From: Pseudomonadota bacterium
GTDB lineage: Bacteria; UBA10199; 2-02-FULL-44-16; JAAZCA01
Direction: 5' to 3'
DNA length: 11,552 nucleotides
Assembly: GCA_043798915.1 (NCBI GenBank)
Contig: JAZDOG010000051.1
Span: 1 to 11,552 of the forward strand
This document shows, piece by piece, positions 1 to 7,768 of this stretch. Within the stretch, counting starts at the first letter, position 1. Each line of letters begins with the position of its first letter. Made by a program: the position numbers and the translations under genes. A model generated the notes under the pieces. The model saw nothing but the letters and a program-made list of their open reading frames with translations. It was not told where the DNA came from and searched no databases.

Positions 1-896
1 TCGATCGCCGCCATGCAGCCGCTGCCTGCCGCAGTGATCGCCTGCCGATAGATGTGATCCTGGCAGTCGCCGGCGGCGAAGACGCCTGGCACGGAGGTTG
101 CCATCGAGGACTTGAGCGTTTTGATGTAGCCTGGCTCGTCCATATCGAGCTTGCCGCGGAATATCCCGGTGTTCGGCCTGTGGCCTATCGCGATGAAGAC
201 ACCCTCGCATGACAGCTTCCTCGTCGCGCCGGATTTCGTGTCCTTGAGCAGCAGCCCGGTAACCGAGGCTTTCGACACGTCGAGTATCTCCTCGACCACG
301 GAGTTCCATGCGAAGCCGATCTTCTGGTTTGCCCTGGCGCGGTCCTGCATGATCTTCGAGGCGCGGAGTTCGTCGCGGCGGTGGACTACCGTGACCTTCG
401 CCGCGAACCTCGTTAGAAAGAGAGCCTCTTCGATGGCGGTGTCGCCGCCGCCGACGACCGCCACCTCTTTGCCGCGGAAGAAGAAACCGTCGCACGTGGC
501 GCAGGCGGAGACGCCCTTGCCCAGAAGCTTTGTCTCCGACTCGATCCCCAGCCACATGGCCGTCGCCCCCGTGGCGACGATGAGCGCCCTGGCCTCCAGG
601 CGGCCGCCATCGGTATCGACGAAAAATGGGCGTCTGGAGAGATCCACGGCGCTGACTTTTCCGGCGATGAACTTCGTGCCGAAGCGCTCCGCCTGCTGGC
701 GCATCTGCGTCATGAGCTCCGGTCCGGCGATTGGATCGCGGAAACCTGGAAAGTTCTCGACATCGGACGTGATCGTGAGCTGGCCGCCGGGTTCCAGACC
801 CTCCACGATCACGGGATTCAAGTCGGCGCGCGCCGTGTAGATGGCTGCCGTAAGGCCTGCCGCCCCCGAGCCGAGTATTATAATATCGTGCGCCAT
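1..896 (-). CDS. trxB: Thioredoxin-disulfide reductase (3' end runs off the left edge; absent from the supplied ORF track)
   Basis: Manual minus-strand translation from ATG at 896 (GGAGGA SD at 906-901) gives [24 protein letters not shown] (FAD-binding), [17 protein letters not shown], the active site [12 protein letters not shown] (CATC at 503-492), [17 protein letters not shown] (NADPH) and [27 protein letters not shown] at the edge. Confidence 0.97.
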   Translation of the reverse strand, partial: MAHDIIILGSGAAGLTAAIYTARADLNPVIVEGLEPGGQLTITSDVENFPGFRDPIAGPELMTQMRQQAERFGTKFIAGKVSAVDLSRRPFFVDTDGGRLEARALIVATGATAMWLGIESETKLLGKGVSACATCDGFFFRGKEVAVVGGGDTAIEEALFLTRFAAKVTVVHRRDELRASKIMQDRARANQKIGFAWNSVVEEILDVSKASVTGLLLKDTKSGATRKLSCEGVFIAIGHRPNTGIFRGKLDMDEPGYIKTLKSSMATSVPGVFAAGDCQDHIYRQAITAAGSGCMAAI

Positions 897-939
897 TCAA
901 TCCTCCCCGGCTGGATATGCAAAATTTTTAGAAGTTTCC

Positions 940-1860
940 CTAGAAAAGCGGTGCGGGTTCGAAATGTGACAGCAGCCTGAATATGTCGAATCTCTGCGCG
1001 ATCTCGGAATGAGTCAGGCTGCGCAGGCGGTCCAGTCCAAAATCCTCCACCTGGAAAGAGGCCATGACGCTGCCGCAGATGACGGCGCGCTTCTGCGTGG
1101 CCTCCTCAATATCTCCCTGGCTTGCGATGTAGCCCAAAAACCCGCCGGCAAAGGTGTCGCCGGCGCCTGTGGGATCGGTGATCCTGGTGAGAGGCAGGCC
1201 CGGCGCAGCGAACACGTGTTCCTCCGAGAAAAGCAGCGCTCCATGCTCTCCGCGCTTGACCACCACGATGCGCGGCCCCCACCCCTGGATCCGCCGCGCG
1301 GCGAGCGTGACGTTCTTCTCGCCCGTCAGAAGCCTGGCCTCCCCGTCGTTGACGAAGACGAGGTCTGCGCGTTCGATCACCCTCTGGAGCGCGTCGCGCT
1401 CCGTGTTGATCCACAGATTCATCGTGTCCATGGCCACGAGCCGGGGCCTCTCCATCTGGTTCAAGACCTTGAGCTGCAACTGGGGATGGATGTTGGCGAG
1501 AAAAAGGTATGGCCGCTGGCGATGCATCTCCGACAGCTCAGGGTCGAAAGTGGCGAAGACGCCGAGGTGCGTGTCGAGCGTCTCGGCGCTGTTCAAGTCG
1601 TTGAGATAATGCCCGGACCACTTGAACGTCTCCCCTCCTGCGACGACCTTGAGGCCAGAGACGTCTATGCCGCGCCCTTCCAGAAACTCGACGTGGGCCG
1701 GATCGAAATCGCAGCCGACGACGCCCACGATGTAGACCTTGGTGAAGAAGCTGGCGGCTGTCGAGAAGTGCGTAGCCGCGCCGCCCAGGACTCTGTCGCG
1801 CTTGCCGGAGGGAGTCTCAAGGTTGTCGTACGCAACTGAACCTACGACGAGTATGCTCAT
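940..1860 (-). CDS. PfkB/ribokinase-family carbohydrate or nucleoside kinase
   Basis: N-terminal ILVVGSVAYD and LGGAA, NxxE motif (NDGE), VVKRGEHGA, and the PfkB signature DPTGAGDTFAGG. Start placed at ATG 1860 (GGAGG at 1869-1865) rather than 1890, which would overlap mtnP. Substrate cannot be determined. Confidence 0.92.
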   Translation of the reverse strand: MSILVVGSVAYDNLETPSGKRDRVLGGAATHFSTAASFFTKVYIVGVVGCDFDPAHVEFLEGRGIDVSGLKVVAGGETFKWSGHYLNDLNSAETLDTHLGVFATFDPELSEMHRQRPYLFLANIHPQLQLKVLNQMERPRLVAMDTMNLWINTERDALQRVIERADLVFVNDGEARLLTGEKNVTLAARRIQGWGPRIVVVKRGEHGALLFSEEHVFAAPGLPLTRITDPTGAGDTFAGGFLGYIASQGDIEEATQKRAVICGSVMASFQVEDFGLDRLRSLTHSEIAQRFDIFRLLSHFEPAPLF

Positions 1861-1870
1861 GGTGCCTCCA

Positions 1871-2734
1871 TCACTTGAAATATTTTCCAATTATCGGCTT
1901 GAGCCGGATCTTTGCGGTGTCTGGAATCTCCGCGCGGTCGGTGATGATCGCGTCCTTCAGGGCGCTCCTGCAGGGACAGCCCTCTCCGCAGGCAAGGCCG
2001 GGCAGCATCTCGCGGATGACCCCCTGGGCCTTAGCCACGTTCTCCTGCAGAATTCTGATCACCATCGCGACATCCACCGACTCCTCGGAGACGCGCCAGC
2101 AATCGTAGTCGGTGGCGAGCGCAATCGTGGCGTAGCAGATTTCGGCCTCGCGGGCGAGCCTGGCCTCCTGATAATTCGTCATGCCTATCACATCGACGCC
2201 CCACGAGCGGTAGACGTTCGATTCCGCGCGCGAAGAGAACATCGGCCCTTCGATGCAGACGTAGGCGCCGCCGTCGTGCACCTCCACGCCCATCTTCTTC
2301 GCCGCGGCCGCGGCCGCCGTCTTGAGCCTCGCGCACACGGGATCGGCAAAGCTCACGTGGGCGGCGATGCCATCGCCAAAGAAGGTCTGCGTCCGGCCCT
2401 TGGTCATGTCGATGAACTGGTCCACGATGACCAGCTGCCCGGGCTTTATCTTCTCCTTCATGCTGCCCACGGCCGAGACGGAGATTATGTTCGTGACGCC
2501 CAGCTCCTTTAGCGCATAGATGTTCGCGCGATAGTTGATCTCGTGCGGGAGGATTCTATGCCCGCGGCCATGGCGGGGCAGGAAAACGACATCCGTCCCG
2601 CCGAGGCTGCCAAGGACGATGGCATCGGAGGGCTTGCCAAAAGGCGTCTCGACCTGCCTCTCTTCGGTGACGCGCACGCCGCCCATCTGATAGAGCCCGC
2701 TGCCGCCGATTATGCCTGTGAGTTCTCGCGCCAT
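1871..2734 (-). CDS. mtnP: S-methyl-5'-thioadenosine phosphorylase (PNP/MTAP family)
   Basis: GIIGGSGLY, TPFGKPSD, FLPRHGRGH, NYRANIYALK, SAVGSM, EGPMFSSRAES, VIGMT, EARLAREAEICY and ATDYDCW; the DYD motif is typical of 6-aminopurine-specific MTAP. Start placed at ATG 2734 (MARELTGIIGG), preceded by AAAGGCGG. Confidence 0.94.
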   Translation of the reverse strand: MARELTGIIGGSGLYQMGGVRVTEERQVETPFGKPSDAIVLGSLGGTDVVFLPRHGRGHRILPHEINYRANIYALKELGVTNIISVSAVGSMKEKIKPGQLVIVDQFIDMTKGRTQTFFGDGIAAHVSFADPVCARLKTAAAAAAKKMGVEVHDGGAYVCIEGPMFSSRAESNVYRSWGVDVIGMTNYQEARLAREAEICYATIALATDYDCWRVSEESVDVAMVIRILQENVAKAQGVIREMLPGLACGEGCPCRSALKDAIITDRAEIPDTAKIRLKPIIGKYFK

Positions 2735-2806
2735 TAAGCCGCCTTTCGGTCCAAGTGAAACCCGCCGTTTAAAGCATATGAGCCGTCCCTTTTCAAGTGA
2801 TTCCGT

Positions 2807-2835
2807 TTGACCCCCATGGGGGCCTCGTGTATTCA
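2807..2835 (+). promoter_or_regulatory. Candidate sigma70-type promoter for the oxidoreductase/radical SAM cassette, overlapped by a perfect 12-bp palindrome
   Basis: TTGACC (2807-2812), 17-nt spacer, TATTCA (2830-2835), within the divergent intergenic region. Palindrome CCCCCATGGGGG at 2811-2822. The -10 box lacks the conserved final T. Confidence 0.35.
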
Positions 2836-2841
2836 CGCGGC

Positions 2842-3726
2842 GTGAAGAGATGCGATGTGGCTATCATAGGGGCCGGGCCGGCGGGCATTGCGGCTGCAAT
2901 ACAGCTCGCCCGGCAGGGTTTAAGGCCGCATATCCTCGAAAGAGGCGAACCCGGCGGCCTGCTCAGGAACGCGAACCTCGTGGAGAACTATCCCGGGTTT
3001 CCCGGCGGCATCAGCGGACCTGCCCTTGCCGCCCTCTTCCGGAGGCAGCTCTCCGATGCGGGCATACAGATCACCGCAGAGGAAGTGACAGGACTCGATC
3101 ATGACGGCGATGTGTTTGAGATCGAGACAGCATGGGAGTCGTATCGGAGCACGGCGGCCATCGTCGCATCCGGCACGGCGCCGATGGAGTCCAAATCCGT
3201 TCCGATACCCTCCGATGCCGCGGACCGCATCCTCTATGAGGTCTGCCCGATCGCGAACGTCGCGGGCAAAAGGATCGCGATCGTCGGCGCCGGCGACGCG
3301 GCATTTGACTACGCACTGAACCTGGCCAAGCGCAACGAAGTGACAATTCTCAGCAGGGGCAAGGAGACAAAATGCCTGCCGCTGCTCAAAGAACGCGCGC
3401 GGGGCACAGCAGCAATCTCCTATATGGAAAACATGGAAGTTGTGAAAATATCGCGCACACAGGGACAGGGTGAGGGTGACAACGTACTCGCAATAGAATG
3501 CCGCGGTGCCGGAGCGATTTTAGCTGATTATCTCCTGTTCGCAATCGGCCGCGAACCACGGCTGTCTTTTATATCGGAGGGGTTCGCCGGCAGGTCGCGC
3601 GAGCTCGAAGCGGCCGGCCTCCTGCATTTCGCCGGCGACGTAAAGAACGGGAACCTGAGGCAGACGGCCATCGCAACAGGAGATGGAATCAAAGCGGCGA
3701 TGAGGATAGCGCAGGCGCTTGCATGA
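2842..3726 (+). CDS. NAD(P)/FAD-dependent oxidoreductase, thioredoxin-reductase-like fold, lacking CxxC
   Basis: DVAIIGAGPAGIAAA, PGGLLRNANLVENYPGFP, IVASGT, the second Rossmann motif IAIVGAGDAAFDYA, LFAIGREP, FAGDV and RQTAIATGDGIKAA are all TrxB-like. Where TrxB has SACATCDG this protein has ILYEVCPI. Start placed at GTG 2842, just before the first Rossmann strand; the ORF track start of 2797 is possible but less likely. Confidence 0.88.
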   Translation: MKRCDVAIIGAGPAGIAAAIQLARQGLRPHILERGEPGGLLRNANLVENYPGFPGGISGPALAALFRRQLSDAGIQITAEEVTGLDHDGDVFEIETAWESYRSTAAIVASGTAPMESKSVPIPSDAADRILYEVCPIANVAGKRIAIVGAGDAAFDYALNLAKRNEVTILSRGKETKCLPLLKERARGTAAISYMENMEVVKISRTQGQGEGDNVLAIECRGAGAILADYLLFAIGREPRLSFISEGFAGRSRELEAAGLLHFAGDVKNGNLRQTAIATGDGIKAAMRIAQALA

Positions 3727-4676
3727 AAATCATCGCATCCACAGGCAGGGATGACCTCGCGACAGTCTACATCGCTGAGATGGGCGACAGCAGGCGCGTG
3801 GAGTTCGTCGAATCCGTGCAGCCCCCCCTCCCGCGCGAAAAAAAATGGGTGCTGATAATCTCCACCATGTTTGGCTGTCCCGCAGGCTGCCTCATGTGCG
3901 ATGCGGGCGGCGACTATCACGGCACGCTCTCGCGGGAGGAGATCATCTCCCAGATCGACTTTCTCGTGGACAGGCGCTGGGCCGGGAGAAAGGTCCCGTG
4001 CGAGAAATTCAAGATCCAGTTCGCGAGACTCGGCGAGCCGTCGCTCAACCCTGCGGTCCTCGATGTGCTGGAAGAGCTGCCGGACCGTTACAACGCCCCG
4101 GGCCTCATGCCGTCCATATCCACAATCGCACCGGCAGGCGGGGAGGCCTTCTTCGAAAGGCTGCTCTCGATCAAGAGCAGGCTCTACAGCGAAGGCAGGT
4201 TTCAGATGCAGTTTTCATTGCACACGACGGATGAGTCGCTGCGCGGAAAGCTCATGCCCGTGAAGAAATGGAGTTTTGAGAATATCGCCGAATACGGCGA
4301 CAGATTTTATTCGGAGGGCGACCGAAAGATCGCGCTCAACTTTGCATTGGCAAAGGATGCGCCGGTCGAGCCCTGCATCCTTGCAGAATATTTCGATCCG
4401 GCAAAATTCCTTATCAAGATCACTCCGGTCAACCCGACGCACACGGCGGCAAAAAACAACATCTCATCCCTGCTGGACCCGCAGCTTCCAGACGCGGATC
4501 ATCCTCTGGCACGCGATCTCTGCGCCGCGGGTTTTGAAGTCATCGTGAGCCTCGGAGAGACGGAGGAAAACCTGATCGGCAGCAACTGCGGCCAATACCT
4601 GAGAAGGCACATCGAATCGAAGGATTCCATCGAAAACGGCTACACATATGGTTTGAGAATGCTACGCGCCGAATGA
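3723..4676 (+). CDS. RlmN/Cfr-like radical SAM protein of unknown function (atypical class A methylase-like)
   Basis: CxxxCxxC (CPAGCLMC, 3876-3899), LSREEIISQI, FARLGEP (compare MGMGEP), QFSLHTTDESLRGKLMP (compare ISLNATTDEARSQLMP in the adjacent RlmN), ITPVNP and C-terminal IGSNCGQ (compare AACGQL). ATGA overlap with the upstream stop at 3723-3726. Confidence 0.88.
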   Translation: MKIIASTGRDDLATVYIAEMGDSRRVEFVESVQPPLPREKKWVLIISTMFGCPAGCLMCDAGGDYHGTLSREEIISQIDFLVDRRWAGRKVPCEKFKIQFARLGEPSLNPAVLDVLEELPDRYNAPGLMPSISTIAPAGGEAFFERLLSIKSRLYSEGRFQMQFSLHTTDESLRGKLMPVKKWSFENIAEYGDRFYSEGDRKIALNFALAKDAPVEPCILAEYFDPAKFLIKITPVNPTHTAAKNNISSLLDPQLPDADHPLARDLCAAGFEVIVSLGETEENLIGSNCGQYLRRHIESKDSIENGYTYGLRMLRAE

Positions 4677-5687
4677 TGTCGCCAGCTGCCCGCACGCGGC
4701 GAGGATCTCCTGTCCGCGGCTGATCCGGACGTTGGCCTGAACGCCGCGCGACCTCAAGAAATCGCTCCATCGCTCAGAGGTCCCCTCCTCCGGCGCCTTG
4801 AGCCCGCTCCCCTCGAACGGATTGAATGGAATCAGGTTCACCTTCGCGCTGATTCCCTTCAGGAGCTCCACCAGCCTCGCCGCATCGCCGTCGGTGTCGT
4901 TTAAGCCTCCGATGAGGACATATTCAAACGTGATGCGATGGCGCGAGCGCTCCGAATACTTTCTGCATGATTCCATTATCTCTGCGATCGGATATCGGCG
5001 GTTTATCGGCATGAGCTGCGACCTCGCCTCGTCGGTCGTGGCATTCAGGGAGATGGCGATCTTTATGTCGAATTTCTCCGCGAATTTCTCGAGCTGGGGC
5101 AGGAGCCCCGCCGTGGAGAGCGTCAGCCTGCGCTTTGAAAATCCGAACGCGCGGCCGTCGAGCATCACCTCCACCGCGCTTGAAACCGCATCCAGATTCG
5201 CAAGCGGCTCGCCCATGCCCATGAGGACCACGTTGGTCACCGGGTCAGGATGAGCCCTCATCATCAGGGTGAGCTGGCCCAGTATCTCCCCTTGAGTCAG
5301 GTCGCGCACAAAACCCATGCCGGCGGTGCGGCAGAACGAGCAGCCCATGGCGCAGCCCACCTGCGTGGAGACGCACACCGTAGTGCGGCCGGCCCCCGTG
5401 GGCATGTAGACGCACTCGACCGCCCTTCCGTCTTTCGCCCGGCAGAGAAATTTTCTAGTCCCGTCTGAAGCCTCCTGCGTGCCGGCAATTTCCAGCGCGT
5501 CCATGACGAACCTTTCCTTCAGCGCGGACCTGACCGCTTTCGAAATATTGGTCATCTCGTCGAAGGAAGCGACGCGCGTTCTATAGAGCCATTCTATGAG
5601 CTGATCTGCGGCAAAGGCCCTGAGCCCAAACTCCGCGGCAAGGGAGGGAAAGAGGCCGAGCGGGATGTCGGTGATCGCTTCTGGCAT
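4662..5687 (-). CDS. rlmN: Dual-specificity RNA methyltransferase RlmN (23S rRNA m2A2503 / tRNA m2A37)
   Basis: N-terminal accessory domain (QLIEWLY...FDEMTNISKAVR), SDGTRKFL, CVSTQVGCAMGCSFC (resolving Cys plus cluster motif), NVVLMGMGEPLAN, TLSTAG, ITFEYVLIGGLND, VNLIPFNP and RGQEILAACGQL (methyl-carrier Cys). Confidence 0.95.
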   Translation of the reverse strand: MPEAITDIPLGLFPSLAAEFGLRAFAADQLIEWLYRTRVASFDEMTNISKAVRSALKERFVMDALEIAGTQEASDGTRKFLCRAKDGRAVECVYMPTGAGRTTVCVSTQVGCAMGCSFCRTAGMGFVRDLTQGEILGQLTLMMRAHPDPVTNVVLMGMGEPLANLDAVSSAVEVMLDGRAFGFSKRRLTLSTAGLLPQLEKFAEKFDIKIAISLNATTDEARSQLMPINRRYPIAEIMESCRKYSERSRHRITFEYVLIGGLNDTDGDAARLVELLKGISAKVNLIPFNPFEGSGLKAPEEGTSERWSDFLRSRGVQANVRISRGQEILAACGQLATSFGA

Positions 5688-5693
5688 GGCGGG

Positions 5694-6389
5694 TTATCGA
5701 TCGGCAAAGATATCGAGCTTCGGGAGTTCTACCGCCCGGCTGACGGTTATGCAATCCGCCTTGCCCTGCCGCCGGCCGTCCCGGTCGACGAGGATGGGCG
5801 TGAGCCCGGCGGCGCGCGCGCCCATGACGTCTACCTCGAAGAGGTCGCCGACATAGACCGATCCGGACGGCTTCGCCTGCATGATGTCCATCGCATGACT
5901 GAAGATCCGGCGGTCGGGCTTCGAGAAGCCTACCTCGCCGGAATCAATGACGGCGCCGAAGAAGTCCTCCAGCCGCGCGTGCTGGATGAGGCGTTTGATC
6001 TGCCCCTCCGCGTTGGATATGACGCCGAGCTTGAAGCCGCGGCCTCGGAACCAGTCGAGCATCTCCGGGGTCCCCTCATCCATCCGCGACCAGAAGAGAT
6101 GGCTGAAGGGGTGATTGCGCACCGCCTCGGCGATCGGCTTCACCATCTCGTCGTCGATCCCCAGCGAAACGAGCCATCTCCTGTTGATCTCCCACCAGAG
6201 CTCGTCGTGCGTGAGCCGACCCACCAGGCCCTCGTCGACGATCGAGCGCTTGACCGCCTCGTGCTTCACCTCGATCTCGGAGGCTGGCAGAGAGATGGAA
6301 AACCTCTGGGCGAGCAGCTCCTGAAGGAATTCATAGTTGAAGAAGAATAGCGTGTTGCCGATGTCGAAAAAAATCGTGTCGAATTGCAA
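5694..6389 (-). CDS. HAD-superfamily hydrolase/phosphatase (subfamily IA)
   Basis: Motif I FFDIGNTL, motif II GVISN, motif III GFSKPDRRIF and motif IV YVGDLFEVDVMGA. Start placed at TTG 6389 (GGAGGG at 6398-6393), immediately after the upstream stop at 6403; the ORF-track extension to 6617 overlaps the dehydrogenase gene. Confidence 0.9.
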   Translation of the reverse strand: MQFDTIFFDIGNTLFFFNYEFLQELLAQRFSISLPASEIEVKHEAVKRSIVDEGLVGRLTHDELWWEINRRWLVSLGIDDEMVKPIAEAVRNHPFSHLFWSRMDEGTPEMLDWFRGRGFKLGVISNAEGQIKRLIQHARLEDFFGAVIDSGEVGFSKPDRRIFSHAMDIMQAKPSGSVYVGDLFEVDVMGARAAGLTPILVDRDGRRQGKADCITVSRAVELPKLDIFADR

Positions 6390-6402
6390 GTTCCCTCCGT
6401 GA

Positions 6403-7767
6403 TCAGCGGCCGGTAAAATCATCCGCCCAGTTCTCAAGTTCGCCGATTGCGAATGCCACGTCGAGCACCGTGTACCGGCTGCGGATGCACATCGCGAACA
6501 TGATGGCATCACGAAACTCGTCGCGGCCGATGCCAAGTCGTGAATAATGCGCTTTTGCGCCGGCCCGGTCAAGCACGGCGCGGATATACTCCGCAGGCAT
6601 GAGATATGGGGCGACAACCCTTTTTATCCCGCTCCATTCCTTTTTTATACGCTGGACACCCTCCTCAAACGACTTCCTCGTCCCGCGTTTCTTCTCATAT
6701 TCCGACGCGACAGCGCCGCCGGCGCTACCGAAGAGCGACCGGCATTTTGAAAGAGCGACCTCCGACCTCTCCCACGCCGATGCGACGGCCCCCTGATCGA
6801 TATCGCGTTCATCGAGCGAGGCCAGTCTCTCGTAGAGGGCGGCCGTGGCGACGGTCGCCACGCCTACCTGCGCCCCGTGAAAGTCGGGCTCGCGCCCTTC
6901 TGCCAGCGCGCGCATGTCGAGGAAGTGCGAGATGAGGTGTTCCCCTCCCGACGCCGGCGCCGAGCTGCCCGCGATCACCATCGAGACGCCGGAGAAGATG
7001 AGGGCCTCGGCAAGCCCGGCGATCGCGCGAGGGTCGCGCATGCCTATGAGCGAGGCATCGCGGATATAGAGCTTTTCCAGATCGCGCGTGAGTTCGAACG
7101 GCCGCGGACAGAAATGCTCGCCGCGGATCAGGGATGCCAGCTTCCAGTCCGCATTGCAGACCGGCTTCGACATCACGTCGCCGAGCCCGGCCCTGATCAT
7201 ATCGATCGGAGCGCCGGAGAGCAGCCCGGTATCGGCGATCACCGCGATAGCCGGACGCACGGCCTCCGTCGTCTTGAGACCGCCCCTGGTCAGAGCGACG
7301 ATCCCGGAGGCATAGCCGTTCATCGAAGGCGCGGTGGCCACCGCCACCTGCGGCAGGCCATGCGCAAACGCCGCCCACTTGGCGAGATCGGTGACAGTCC
7401 CGGATCCGACCGAGACGACGAGCGCATCGCCGGAATCGACGGCTCCCGCAACGAGTTCTGCGGTCGCGTCATCGGCATGCGGCTTTTTTCCCGGGATTAT
7501 AAACGGGCGCGACTTGAGACCGGCTTTTTCGATCGATCGGGCGACGTCCCGTCCCGCGAGGTCATGCGTCGTTTCATCGGCGACGATGAGCGCCAGGCCG
7601 CTGAGGCCCAGGCTTAAAATGACGTCCCCCGTCTTCCGGAGGGCCCCGTCCTCGATGAGCACGGCGCGCGTGCCGACGGAATGCCTCTGCCCGCACTCGC
7701 AGTCCCAGCTCTGCCCAAGCAGATTCTTTCGTTTGGATGGAATCGTCTCGTCCTTCAATAGCGCCAT
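6403..7767 (-). CDS. egsA: sn-glycerol-1-phosphate dehydrogenase, long bacterial AraM/EgsA type (dehydroquinate-synthase-like / Fe-ADH fold)
   Basis: N-terminal CECGQRH, LIVADETT, NAD-binding SVGSGTVTDLAK, ATAPSMNGYAS, MIRAGLGD, ADWKL, and metal-ligand motifs PASGGEHLISH and HGAQVG; 454 aa. Confidence 0.88.
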   Translation of the reverse strand: MALLKDETIPSKRKNLLGQSWDCECGQRHSVGTRAVLIEDGALRKTGDVILSLGLSGLALIVADETTHDLAGRDVARSIEKAGLKSRPFIIPGKKPHADDATAELVAGAVDSGDALVVSVGSGTVTDLAKWAAFAHGLPQVAVATAPSMNGYASGIVALTRGGLKTTEAVRPAIAVIADTGLLSGAPIDMIRAGLGDVMSKPVCNADWKLASLIRGEHFCPRPFELTRDLEKLYIRDASLIGMRDPRAIAGLAEALIFSGVSMVIAGSSAPASGGEHLISHFLDMRALAEGREPDFHGAQVGVATVATAALYERLASLDERDIDQGAVASAWERSEVALSKCRSLFGSAGGAVASEYEKKRGTRKSFEEGVQRIKKEWSGIKRVVAPYLMPAEYIRAVLDRAGAKAHYSRLGIGRDEFRDAIMFAMCIRSRYTVLDVAFAIGELENWADDFTGR

Positions 7768-7768
7768 G

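Noticed and set aside
151..840. 229-aa plus-strand ORF
   Set aside because: Antisense shadow of trxB, which the ORF track missed because its stop lies outside the window.
2301..2318. GC palindromic run GCCGCGGCCGCGGC
   Set aside because: Simply encodes a poly-Ala helix (TAAAAAAKK) within mtnP.
1009..2512. Long plus-strand ORFs 1009..1839 and 1739..2512
   Set aside because: Antisense to the PfkB kinase and mtnP, with no motifs; long shadow frames are expected in GC-rich coding DNA.
3723..4676. Calling the second radical SAM gene cfr (antibiotic resistance)
   Set aside because: Cfr needs both catalytic cysteines, the MGMGE motif and the N-terminal domain; this protein lacks the resolving Cys, the motif and the domain.
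2735..4676. Mobile-element boundaries around the plus-strand cassette
   Set aside because: No transposase or integrase, terminal inverted repeats or target-site duplication were visible by eye.
6390..6617. Cys-rich N-terminal extension of the HAD ORF
   Set aside because: Out-of-frame overlap with the dehydrogenase 3' end; an SD plus TTG at 6389 sits directly before HAD motif I.
6403..7767. Evidence for archaeal-type ether lipid synthesis or an archaeal origin of the contig
   Set aside because: The enzyme is the long bacterial AraM-like type, neighbours (rlmN, GlpT-like, trxB) look bacterial, and no prenyltransferase genes are in the window.
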